From the NCBI GenBank assembly GCA_040400605.1, contig JBBAPZ010000019.1:20912-43131 (forward strand): a stretch of 22,220 nucleotides of DNA, written 5' to 3'. Origin of the DNA: Candidatus Sericytochromatia bacterium (lineage in GTDB: Bacteria > Cyanobacteriota > Sericytochromatia > S15B-MN24 > JAQBPE01). A model generated the notes under the pieces. That model was not told where the DNA came from and did not search any database. It saw only the letters and a program-made list of their open reading frames with translations. Within the stretch, counting starts at the first letter, position 1, and each line of letters opens with the position of its first letter. This document shows, in pieces, positions 1 through 8,070 of this stretch. A program made the position numbers and the translations under genes.

Positions 1-157
1 CCGGATAGGGGAACGGCGCACCCGATGGCACCGGATAGGGGAACGGCGCACCCGATGGCACCGGATAGGGGAACGGCGCACCCGACGGCACCGGATAGGG
101 GAACGGCGCACCCGACGGCACCGGATAGGGGAACGGCGCACCCGACGGCACAGGATA
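1..157 (-). repeat. 30-bp tandem repeat, at least 5 copies, encoding VPSGAPFPYP
   Basis: Unit CCGGATAGGGGAACGGCGCACCCGA(T/C)GGCA. Copies at 1-60 have T and copies at 61-150 have C (synonymous). It is in frame with the minus-strand lipoprotein. Confidence 0.97.
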
Positions 158-1516
158 AGGTTTCTTCAACCACTTAAGCGGAGGCAGTGGATAGACAATG
201 TTTTTGATGTCTGGATCACTGGTTTTTGGAATCCGAAAAGGCCACAACCAACCGAGCACGTTGCCTTGTTCGTTCCTGTAAATCATCACCACTTCGCAAT
301 CGATCGGTACGAAGGTGGTAGCGACCCCGTTGTTACCGTTCATTCCACGCAGGAAAGAAACGCTACCAACAGGAGCAAGTCGGTCTAGCGCCGCAAACTG
401 CTCTTCTGGTCTTACCGTCCCAGGTACGGTTGATTCTCTGAACTCCACACGCGCAACAAATGTCTGATCGCCTGAATCTGTAACTTTTAAACTACGGTAC
501 TCCTGCTGACACGTTCTATACGCCGGCGGCGACACAACACTTATCGGCGGAGTGGGCAGCCCACTCGGGCGCACATTGATTGGCCCACTGGGTATCGGGC
601 TGACAGGTACATTGGGCGTTGGCCGCGCCGTTGTACTAGGTATCGGCGGTTGGGGTGTGGGAATTCGAGAGTTGTTAATCGTTTGCTGCAATCGGTCAAA
701 GGATTGCTGAATGTTGCCAAGATCTCGTCGCATATCGGTGATCATCGATTTGAGTTCACCAATGTCCTGCGACAAGCGAGCAATACTCGAACGGATCGAT
801 TCGATGCTGCTGAAGTCTGGCACATTGTCACTGGTCAGTCGTTTGGCAACAGCGTTGGTGGCGCTTAAGAATTTCGCCGGCTGAAATTCACCCAGTTCAC
901 TTCCATCAAAACCATCGAGAAGATTTGTTGTCACCAAAGTGGACGCCGGACTGACATCGACTACAACGCCCAACGGTGTCAGTTTAGCCATCGTACGAAA
1001 CTCCGCCACAGCGCCTGTTTCGGTTTTCACCTGAGCCACGATCATAAATGTGAACCCATGCGGCACCTGGGGAAAATTAAAAGAGCCGTTAGGTCCCGTG
1101 GTGACACTTCGCAAATTGGGAAGCGGCTGCCCGCTTGCATCTGCCAGAAAAACCCGGGCACCCACCACTGAACCCACTGGAAGTGGTTGCGCCGCTGCTT
1201 GCTGCAACTGGTAGTCAGACACGTTCAACACGCTACGCGCCGGAACAACATCTCCCGACAGCGTTGCAGTGTTTGCAAACGATAAGCTTTTGTCTAGCGC
1301 GACACTTGTCGGGATCATTAAGCTCCCCTTAATTGTCGCCATCGACTTATCTGTTGCTTCTGGAAACACAGACACATTGTCGTCCGCTTTTCTTGTTGCC
1401 ACAGTCGATGGAACGGCACAGCCATCAAGTAAAGTTGGTAAACCCAACAGCGCCGCAAGCAGAACCAAACTGGCTCGTTTGCGCATCTTCGCGCCAGGAA
1501 TAAATAAGCGATCCAT
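1..1516 (-). CDS. Lipoprotein (3'-partial, runs off the left edge): predicted beta-sandwich, helical/coiled-coil region, Pro-rich linker, unknown domain, VPSGAPFPYP repeats
   Basis: Manual translation is open from ATG 1516 (AGAGAGGA SD-like just upstream; alternative ATG 1486) to position 2 with no stop. It reads MDRLFIPGAKMRKRASLVLLAALLGLPTLLDGCAVP (lipobox-like LDGC)...ATIKGSLMIP...GARVFLADASGQPLPNLRSVTTGPNGSFNFPQVPHG...PTPQPPIPSTTARPTP...KKPYP(VPSGAPFPYP)n. It is absent from the ORF track, presumably because it has no stop in the window. Confidence 0.88.
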   Translation of the reverse strand, partial: MDRLFIPGAKMRKRASLVLLAALLGLPTLLDGCAVPSTVATRKADDNVSVFPEATDKSMATIKGSLMIPTSVALDKSLSFANTATLSGDVVPARSVLNVSDYQLQQAAAQPLPVGSVVGARVFLADASGQPLPNLRSVTTGPNGSFNFPQVPHGFTFMIVAQVKTETGAVAEFRTMAKLTPLGVVVDVSPASTLVTTNLLDGFDGSELGEFQPAKFLSATNAVAKRLTSDNVPDFSSIESIRSSIARLSQDIGELKSMITDMRRDLGNIQQSFDRLQQTINNSRIPTPQPPIPSTTARPTPNVPVSPIPSGPINVRPSGLPTPPISVVSPPAYRTCQQEYRSLKVTDSGDQTFVARVEFRESTVPGTVRPEEQFAALDRLAPVGSVSFLRGMNGNNGVATTFVPIDCEVVMIYRNEQGNVLGWLWPFRIPKTSDPDIKNIVYPLPPLKWLKKPYPVPSGAPFPYPVPSGAPFPYPVPSGAPFPYPVPSGAPFPYPVPSGAPFPYP

Positions 1517-1782
1517 GACCGTTCCTCTCTCCGTCTTGGGATACCCTTTGTCAAATCGCCGCGGCGCTTTCTAGCATCGCAGGCTGGGCTGGGCGCAAGT
1601 GACGCCTCGCTTGACTGGTCCAAAGAAGTGTTCCCACTTAAGAGGCCATGCTAAACATTTTTCGTTCAGATGAACACAAAATGTTGGTTGGCTTGCACGT
1701 AGAAAATGAATGTACCGCCCCCGGTTTTTTAGACACAAGTTACCGTTATGCTGCCGTCGTGCTTCACAGTCTTTACCAACCC

Positions 1783-2294
1783 TTAAAAATGGATCACCCC
1801 AACCGCTACCGAAAAAATTATCAGGAACTCAGCTACTGGCCGCACGATCGGAATCCCAACGAGAATCCGAAACGGCATCAGGCCCAAATGCCGGCTCAGG
1901 ACTACCAATCGAATCAGACACGTCATCAGGACCCCAATTGCCATTGGGTGAGGCATCGCCGCCCCGAAGGACGCTGGGCCGCCCCTCAGGACCATTCGAA
2001 GCTGAATCTGGCTCCCACGGTCAGGACTTTTGAAATTAACACGCTGGGAATCCAACCACGCTCGGTCATTCGCACTGAGCCCAAGCGAAATCACAATGGC
2101 TTTAGGAAGCGAACCTTTCGCATTCGAAGAATCCGGAAGCAGTGAGCCCAGTTTCGCGCTCATCGCTAGATAATCACCATTTTGACCAGCACGCACGGCA
2201 ACTTCTTCGTCGAAACGCGCTTTGCCGCCAACAGCCTGAATCACCTGACGACCGCCACGACCAAACAGCCCACCTAAAAATTAACAACGTTCAT
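1783..2294 (-). pseudogene. Probable frameshifted hypothetical gene
   Basis: A strong SD (AAAGGAGTG) precedes ATG 2294, which gives MNVVNF-stop. One extra T in the T5 run (2276-2280) would join it in frame to LGGLFGRGGRQVIQAVGGKARF..., the 1783..2244 ORF. A second shift is possible near 2015-2022. Confidence 0.5.
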
Positions 2295-2340
2295 CAAATC
2301 ACTCCTTTTTTTATGATGCAGCTGGCTTTATTCATTGAAC

Positions 2341-2420
2341 AGCATCGTTATCATTAATTAATTGTTAATTCTAGATATTTTAAAGCGTTAATTTTTTCGA
2401 TAAGAAATAGTATCTTGTTA
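2341..2420. promoter_or_regulatory. AT-rich promoter-like tract upstream of the 2294 start
   Basis: Markedly AT-rich (ATTAATTAATTGTTAATT...TTTTAAAG...TTAATTTTTT) in a GC-rich background, 50-120 bp upstream of an SD plus ATG. Confidence 0.45.
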
Positions 2421-2692
2421 TGAAATCTTCAACCGTTAAGCGTGGAGCGGCAAGCACGGCACACGGTTCAAAAACTGAACTGGCGCATCAACTCCGTGCT
2501 GTTTGCTGTTGGAATACGGTACGTGACGCTTGGTTCCATTCGTTTACACTCAATCTTTCTGCGAGCAATCGTGGCGTAAAGTCTTCAACGGCTGCAAGGA
2601 AGCTTGAGTTAGTGGCGGAATTCCGCTGGTTGATGCGCTTACTCAAGCGGCATTGTCAGTTGGCGGGATCAATGGCGTTTGGCTGCGATGCT

Positions 2693-3298
2693 TTAGTACG
2701 ATGTTTTAACGCGAATCACGATTTGTTTTTTATTGGCGTTCAACAGGGCAAGCATGAAATCGTTGAGGTCGTGGTCAGGTAAGTGATAAACGCGTTTGAC
2801 TGTGTGCATGATATCGTCGCCGGCGGTTCGTATCTGGAAAAGTCCTGAGGTTGGCTGTGGGGGAAGCGATTTAATAAATGCTGTGAGTAGTTGCTGTTCG
2901 CTTGGGTTGTAAATCGAACCTTCCGGCGGGGGTGGTGAAGCGCCTGATTGATGGTGCCAATATTGCGCCGCTTTGCTCGTCTCAATTGCAGCCATTCTGC
3001 GCAGAAATGACAAGGGGATGGGCAGGGGCTTCCATCCGGATGTCCTCTTCGCATCGGCCAGATAGTGGTTGAAATCGGCAGCAGTCAATTGAAACGTTGC
3101 GTTGATCCGCAACCCTTCACGCCCGAACCATCCTGATTCTTTCGGCCGTGCCTCGAAATGAATCGCAGCTGCTTCAGTCGGAATATCAAATTCTCGACGC
3201 AGGACCACCTCATCCGTCAGTCGATGGTCGCAGCCAACCAGACTAACCACCACAGCAACCAAAGGCAATCCTGTCTTCCGCTGAGCAACTGGCATCAC
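2693..3298 (-). CDS. Hypothetical lipoprotein
   Basis: 201-aa ORF with a basic N-terminus, hydrophobic stretch and lipobox LVGC (RKTGLPLVAVVVSLVGC). No recognised family. Confidence 0.8.
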   Translation of the reverse strand: MMPVAQRKTGLPLVAVVVSLVGCDHRLTDEVVLRREFDIPTEAAAIHFEARPKESGWFGREGLRINATFQLTAADFNHYLADAKRTSGWKPLPIPLSFLRRMAAIETSKAAQYWHHQSGASPPPPEGSIYNPSEQQLLTAFIKSLPPQPTSGLFQIRTAGDDIMHTVKRVYHLPDHDLNDFMLALLNANKKQIVIRVKTSY

Positions 3299-3309
3299 GT
3301 GAGCACCCT

Positions 3310-3765
3310 TTAGTCAACACAACCCTTACACTTATGCGCTAAAAAGTCCCAAATGTTTGCGGCCGTGTCAAGATCACTCGTAATTCCCCAAGGTGGATCA
3401 TTCTGTAATTCCCCACTTCTGGGCAAAAAAAGGGGCGTTGTGTTTATCGACACCTCGGGCCTCCTGTTCCGACGATAGGACTCGCCTTCGATCACAATCT
3501 GGTGGGCATTGTGGGCCATTCGATCCAACACTGAATTGGCAAACACGGCGTCAGGAAACAAGCTGATCCAGTCCTCCACTCGCCGATTGCTTGTGAAAAG
3601 CATTCCTCCCTTCAGGTAGCGCTCTGAGACGATTTCCCCAAGATCGTCCGCCTGCGCGGTGCTCAAAGCCTTGAGGCCGAAGTCATCCAGAATCAGCAAG
3701 TCAACGCGCGCGTACTCGCGGATCCTATCCTCCCACGTGTCGTCTGCCCGAGCCGCCGCCAGTTT
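3310..3765 (-). pseudogene. istB: Truncated IS21 helper ATPase IstB
   Basis: KLAAARADDTWEDRIREYARVDLLILDDFG (Walker B)...ERY...FTSNR...DW...LDRMAHNAHQIVIEGESYR. Walker A and the N-terminus are missing, and the frame reads through the IS end to a stop at 3310. Confidence 0.88.
3366..3765 (-). mobile_element. IS21-family remnant (3' half of istB plus the terminal end)
   Basis: The end begins TGTCAAG at 3366, followed by two tandem sub-terminal repeats GATCACTCGTAATTCCCCA (3372-3390) and GATCATTCTGTAATTCCCCA (3396-3415), the typical IS21 end architecture. It lies next to the istB fragment. No istA or other end is visible. Confidence 0.85.
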
Positions 3766-4027
3766 GCGTGAATGGGACAGAAATTTCGCACCGGGATTGT
3801 TCGTTAATTAAGATTTAAATAGACGATGTGTTATTTGGAACCGACGTGGAACCTCGGTGAGCGACATGACGCATTGGGAGCGATTCAGATAGTCACGAAC
3901 GGTGTTTTCGGCAGTAACGATGTCGGGGCTTGGGGTGGCGTCAGTCAAGCTCAAGGTTGAGTGGTGCTTGATGCGGTCGTAACCAATGCGTGCATCGTTG
4001 CCAGGGATGACTGTTTGCGGGGAGAGT

Positions 4028-5158
4028 ATGTGTATGTTGGTTGCACCCTTGATGCAAAGGGCCGTTCATAACCTTCAAGCAGCGTCTGGGTCTCGGCGTT
4101 CCGGGGGTTTACGACTTTACCCAGATTTTTTGGATCATGCAGGTACTTCAGGCGGTCAACCGGTTCGTGCATTGGGCACTGGTGATCGTATTCAGTCAAC
4201 TGGTATGGCAACTTCAGCGCCCGTACGGTCAGGGGCGATCGCACCCACGTGGGGCGCAGGAGCCATCGATCGTGTGACACTGCTGATGGGTTCAAAAGCG
4301 ATCCTGGGGGGCTTTGAAGGCATCGCCAAGCAAGCGAAGCAAGATCTGGTCGCGGAGTTTTTTATCATGAACCGGCCTGATGTCATCAAGGCTTTGCGTC
4401 ACGCGGCAAAAGACGGCCTGCGTACGGAGGTGTTGGCAGATGCTGAAATGATGGATTTGGGTTGGTTTCCCAAGCGGGCGTGGAAGCAGAAGGGGCTTGA
4501 GTTGATCGCGTTTCCGGAAAAGCCCAGAAAGCTCCACTCCAAGGCACTGGCCGGTGATTCACGCGCGTTGGTTGCGACAGGTTATGCAACGAACGAGAAA
4601 CGTCAAAAATATATCGATTTCGGCGTCGCGTTCGAGGGTCCTGCGGCGCGCGCGCTAGAAGGTGTGATGCGAGCAAATCGCTCGGGTGAGACGAGACTGG
4701 TTCAGCAGGCGGCGATTGAGGCACGCAAACATGGGGTGTTAATGAATGATCGCAACCATGGGGTGCGTTTGTTGACAACAGAGCTTGAATCGATGATCGC
4801 GGGTGCTAAACGGGAAATTTTGATTGGCACCAAGGATCTTTCGGATGATCGTATTTTCAATCTCCTCTACGACGCCCGGCAACGCGGGGTCACCGTTCGT
4901 GTGGTCACGGGCCGGGAGAGTCCGTTTGCCATCAACCGGGGGATGGACATTCGACGTTACCCGTTTCTGCACGGCAATGTGATGATCGTGGATGGTAAAA
5001 CAGCGTATGTGGGCTCGGCTTTTTTTCATACGCGACCGATGGCCCGTTATGTTGACGCGATCATGTCCAATGAAACGGGGGTGTTGATCCAAGACACCAA
5101 AGCCATTCAAACCCTCGTCAAAACCCTCACCACGCTCGCCAATGCACCCCACCCGTGA
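4028..5158 (+). CDS. Phospholipase D superfamily protein with two PLD-like domains
   Basis: Motif 1 is HSKALAGD (HxKxxxxD). Motif 2 is HGNVMIVDGKTAYVGS (K replaced by N). PLD_2-type segments IAGAKREILI, ARQRGVTVRVV and NETGVLIQD are present. GGGGAG SD precedes ATG 4028/4034. Confidence 0.85.
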   Translation: MCMLVAPLMQRAVHNLQAASGSRRSGGLRLYPDFLDHAGTSGGQPVRALGTGDRIQSTGMATSAPVRSGAIAPTWGAGAIDRVTLLMGSKAILGGFEGIAKQAKQDLVAEFFIMNRPDVIKALRHAAKDGLRTEVLADAEMMDLGWFPKRAWKQKGLELIAFPEKPRKLHSKALAGDSRALVATGYATNEKRQKYIDFGVAFEGPAARALEGVMRANRSGETRLVQQAAIEARKHGVLMNDRNHGVRLLTTELESMIAGAKREILIGTKDLSDDRIFNLLYDARQRGVTVRVVTGRESPFAINRGMDIRRYPFLHGNVMIVDGKTAYVGSAFFHTRPMARYVDAIMSNETGVLIQDTKAIQTLVKTLTTLANAPHP

Positions 5159-5545
5159 CCACCTGCGCCGGACGGACGAAACCAATCCCATCCATCAGCT
5201 ACGGTCGTTGTTCGTGACGTGTTTTTCTGAAAAACGGCGCTTTGCGCGTCGTGACGGGTGCGTATCAGTCATGATAGGGGGTCGTCGGATCAGCCGATCG
5301 GATAATATCCATCATTTTCGCTAATTGTTTGTTGAGTGTGTGTTAAAGGTCTGAGCATTGGATGCTGGCGGCGCCACCCACTAAAAACCGGCAACCCGGT
5401 GGCACCCACAACATTCAAGTCAAGGGTGCCCTTCACTCTTGCAAGGTGGAGACCCGATCAGCCAATCGGATGGTTCCCCCGGACGCGCTTGGCAACGTGG
5501 GTGCTCGGGTATATAAGTATGGCAGCCCAAAAAAGGAGTGCGGTG

Positions 5546-6139
5546 ATGAGAGTTGTCATGCTGGCAGGGTGGGTGCTTGGGTGTTTGGTCTGTACGGCCA
5601 CACCATCGTTGGCGACTGCCCATCAGGGTTGGTTGTTTGCGAGCAATCCGGATGATGGCGCCACGCCAGAGACTATCATGCAAGAGATCAAGGACAAACA
5701 TTTGTGCGATGTCACCTACGAAAGGCGCAAGTCATTGCTGATGCATGCTTTTCGTGAAGGGTTGACACCTGCCAATCAAACGGCAAAAATGGCCGAACTG
5801 GAAGCCGGCCTGAATCGTTTGAATCAGGAAAAGAAAGCCTCGGATGCCTGGCGTGAGGGCAGATTAAAAGTCTATGGCGAAAAGTTGGCCAAGATGAAGC
5901 CCGAAGCCCGGCGCGCAGTGGTCAAGCGTGAAATCGACAAAACCGCCAAGACGCTGCAAACTTCGATTGATTCAATGAATGAATTCCTTTTGGAGTCACT
6001 CAACAGCGTCAGGCGCTTCGTTCCGCAATTGGGGCAACCCCTGTCCAAACAGCAGTGGCTTGCGTTAACTCCCGAGCAACGGCAAGCCCTGATTGCCCAG
6101 GACAAGCAGCGCCTCAAGGCCTTGGGCGCTGGGGATTGA
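5546..6139 (+). CDS. Secreted hypothetical alpha-helical/coiled-coil protein
   Basis: AAAAGGAG SD at 5531-5538 precedes GTG 5543/ATG 5546. There is a signal-peptide-like N-terminus (MRVVMLAGWVLGCLVCTATPSLA) and a charged helical body. Confidence 0.75.
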   Translation: MRVVMLAGWVLGCLVCTATPSLATAHQGWLFASNPDDGATPETIMQEIKDKHLCDVTYERRKSLLMHAFREGLTPANQTAKMAELEAGLNRLNQEKKASDAWREGRLKVYGEKLAKMKPEARRAVVKREIDKTAKTLQTSIDSMNEFLLESLNSVRRFVPQLGQPLSKQQWLALTPEQRQALIAQDKQRLKALGAGD

Positions 6140-6201
6140 CGCGCCAAACACCCTGTTTTGCAACTGTGCGCAGCAACCCGTTTCATTCGTGCCAGGACAC
6201 C

Positions 6202-6672
6202 ATGCAACTCATTGATGACACTACCATCAACCAATTGGCAACCGAAGCCCGTCAATCACCCCGACGCCGGGCGATCAAACGCTACCACGAGCATGAAGAA
6301 CCCGTGCAGCGCATGCTTAACGCGCTGTGCGACGATTCTTATGTTCAGCCCCACTGCCATCGTGACCCGGATAAGGTGGAACTTTTCCTTGCTGTGCAAG
6401 GTCGCTTGCTGGTACTCATCTTTGATGACGCCGGGGAAGTGGCCCGCTCGGCCGTGTTGGACGCGGATGGTCCCGTGCGTGGGGTGGATATCCCGCCGCG
6501 CACCTGGCACGCATTGTTGGCCCTCACCCCCGTGGCGATCGCCCTTGAAATCATTCAAGGCCCCTACGAGGCAACGACCCACAAACGCTTCGCAACCTGG
6601 GCACCGGTTGACCCCCAAGCGGGCTTGGCGTGGATGCGCGCCAAGCGTGACCAGGTTTTAACTCAAGGCTAG
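6202..6672 (+). CDS. WbuC-family cupin fold metalloprotein
   Basis: ARQSPRRRA..YH..EEPVQRMLNAL..DSYVQPHCH...KVE...G and IPPRTWH...EI..GPY match the WbuC cupin pattern. ATG 6202 follows AGGA. Confidence 0.9.
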   Translation: MQLIDDTTINQLATEARQSPRRRAIKRYHEHEEPVQRMLNALCDDSYVQPHCHRDPDKVELFLAVQGRLLVLIFDDAGEVARSAVLDADGPVRGVDIPPRTWHALLALTPVAIALEIIQGPYEATTHKRFATWAPVDPQAGLAWMRAKRDQVLTQG

Positions 6673-6688
6673 CTCAGTTTCCACACGG

Positions 6689-6717
6689 CTGGTTCATAAC
6701 CGCAGTACTTGAACCAG
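6689..6717. terminator. Hairpin between convergent genes
   Basis: CTGGTTCA-N13-TGAACCAG perfect 8-bp stem, with no U-tract. Confidence 0.3.
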
Positions 6718-6800
6718 GCAAGACGACTCGGACGATGCCGTGCACATCTTCCCGCGCTAACCTTGGTTGGCGCTGATAACGCGATACAACCAGCAAACCG

Positions 6801-6822
6801 GGCGTCGCGCCGGTGCGACGCT
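6801..6822 (-). terminator. GC-rich hairpin just downstream of the FNR stop
   Basis: GCGTCGC-N6-GCGACGC stem about 20 nt after the stop, followed by only a weak T-run. Confidence 0.35.
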
Positions 6823-6839
6823 CAGGTCCGTGTTGACAC

Positions 6840-7706
6840 TTAGTAGGTGTCGACGAGCCAGCGTTTTTCTTGGCGCAGTTGTTTTAGCAAGGCGGGCCAG
6901 TCGTTGCCGCTGGCTTGTGCGATCGCCGCGAAGGCGGCTTCGACCCCTGTTTCCATGCCCTTCATGCCGCATTGATACACGTGGAGGCCGCCTTGGGTGA
7001 GCAGGGGCCAGAGGATGTCCGTGAGTTCGGTCAGGCGATCGCCCACATACATGCGCCCGCCTTGCGCATTGGTTTGTTCCCGGCTGATGGCCAGTTGCAC
7101 ATGATGGTCGGGGCGTGCCGTGAAGGCACGAAGTTCGTCCGCATAAAGCAGATCCTGACTGGTGCGTACGCCAAAGACCAAAAATGCCGGGCCAACGGCG
7201 GCTTGATCGGCACGGGTGCGGATGAAACCCCGAAACGGCGCGATGCCGGTCCCGGTGGCGATCATCAAGATGGGCGTCTGCGCATCACCTGGCATGAGGA
7301 AGTGCTTGCCCACGGGGCCGCACACACGAATGGTATCCCCCGGTTGTGCGTCACAGAGCAGGTTGGAGGCAACCCCACGCACTTCTTCGCCCGCCTCGTT
7401 TTGATAGACCACCCGTTTGACGCAAAAAGCGACGGTCAATTCCTGCGGGTCTTCGCCTGTGCGGGAGGAGGCAATCGAGTACAGGCGCAGGCGATGGGGT
7501 TTGTCGTTGGCATCCTGGCCCGGGGGAATGACGCCCAGGCTTTGGCCTTCGAGCCACTTCAACTGGCTGCCTTTGACTGACAGACTGATGTGCCGAACAT
7601 CTTCGCTGCTGTTGGGCGTGAGCGGGATGTTGGCGGTGACGGTTGCTGCGAAGGGCTCGCTCGGCTTGTGCAAGTTGAGGGGGATGTAGGTGCTGGTCAG
7701 GCTCAT
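6840..7706 (-). CDS. petH: Ferredoxin-NADP+ reductase, plastidic/cyanobacterial type, short form
   Basis: EGQSLGVIPPG, RLRLYSIAS, CVKRVVY, GVASN, GPVGK, MIATGTGIAPFR, YQCGMKGM and a C-terminal Tyr (WLVDTY). AAAAGGA SD precedes ATG 7706. No CpcD-like or ferredoxin extension. Confidence 0.92.
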   Translation of the reverse strand: MSLTSTYIPLNLHKPSEPFAATVTANIPLTPNSSEDVRHISLSVKGSQLKWLEGQSLGVIPPGQDANDKPHRLRLYSIASSRTGEDPQELTVAFCVKRVVYQNEAGEEVRGVASNLLCDAQPGDTIRVCGPVGKHFLMPGDAQTPILMIATGTGIAPFRGFIRTRADQAAVGPAFLVFGVRTSQDLLYADELRAFTARPDHHVQLAISREQTNAQGGRMYVGDRLTELTDILWPLLTQGGLHVYQCGMKGMETGVEAAFAAIAQASGNDWPALLKQLRQEKRWLVDTY

Positions 7707-7773
7707 GGTGGTCCTTTTTTGATATCGTTTCCGACAGAACGTGCCTGGGTACAAAATCGACAGACCCGTGTCA

Positions 7774-7803
7774 ATTATACGGAAAGCGTTGAATGGTGAT
7801 CAA
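7774..7803 (-). promoter_or_regulatory. Sigma70-type promoter for the FNR gene
   Basis: Minus strand TTGATC-N18-TATAAT, about 70 bp upstream of ATG 7706. Confidence 0.55.
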
Positions 7804-8070
7804 ATTTTAGCTTTTATTGAAATACGGCACGAGCATCGCTGATGTTATTGAGTCTGCAAAACAAGTTTTGAACAGGAAGCGATGCGTCATCGTATCACGA
7901 TCAAATTTCGGCTGCGGTTCAGTAACAACGCGTCATACCTTGGGCTTGCCACACCAGTTTTGGTCAGAAAGCGCCGTGTCACGGTTCGGCAGGAAACTGC
8001 GGCGATGACGCACGTGTTGATCCGACGGTTGGCGAATGGAATGATTGGTGCAGTGTTGCTGGCGCCTCGA

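Noticed and set aside
1..157. Possible CRISPR array (30-bp repeats)
   Set aside because: No spacers. The units are head-to-tail, a multiple of 3, and in frame in a CDS. No cas genes are present.
1648..2145. 165-aa plus-strand ORF rich in Gln/His/Pro
   Set aside because: Looks like the antisense shadow of the minus-strand gene, which has the strong RBS. No recognisable motif.
2420..2782. 120-aa plus-strand ORF
   Set aside because: No RBS or motif, and it overlaps the 3' end of the lipoprotein gene on the opposite strand.
5345..5480. TPP or c-di-GMP-I riboswitch
   Set aside because: Only fragments resemble them (GGGTGC...ACCC; GGTCTGAG). The core CUGAGA and GCAAA..GAAA..GACGCAAA elements are absent.
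5336..5545. N-terminal extension of the 267-aa ORF, and the similar extensions at 3986, 6055, 7754, 9900 and 17456
   Set aside because: Better SD-associated starts lie downstream, where signal peptides or family homology begin.
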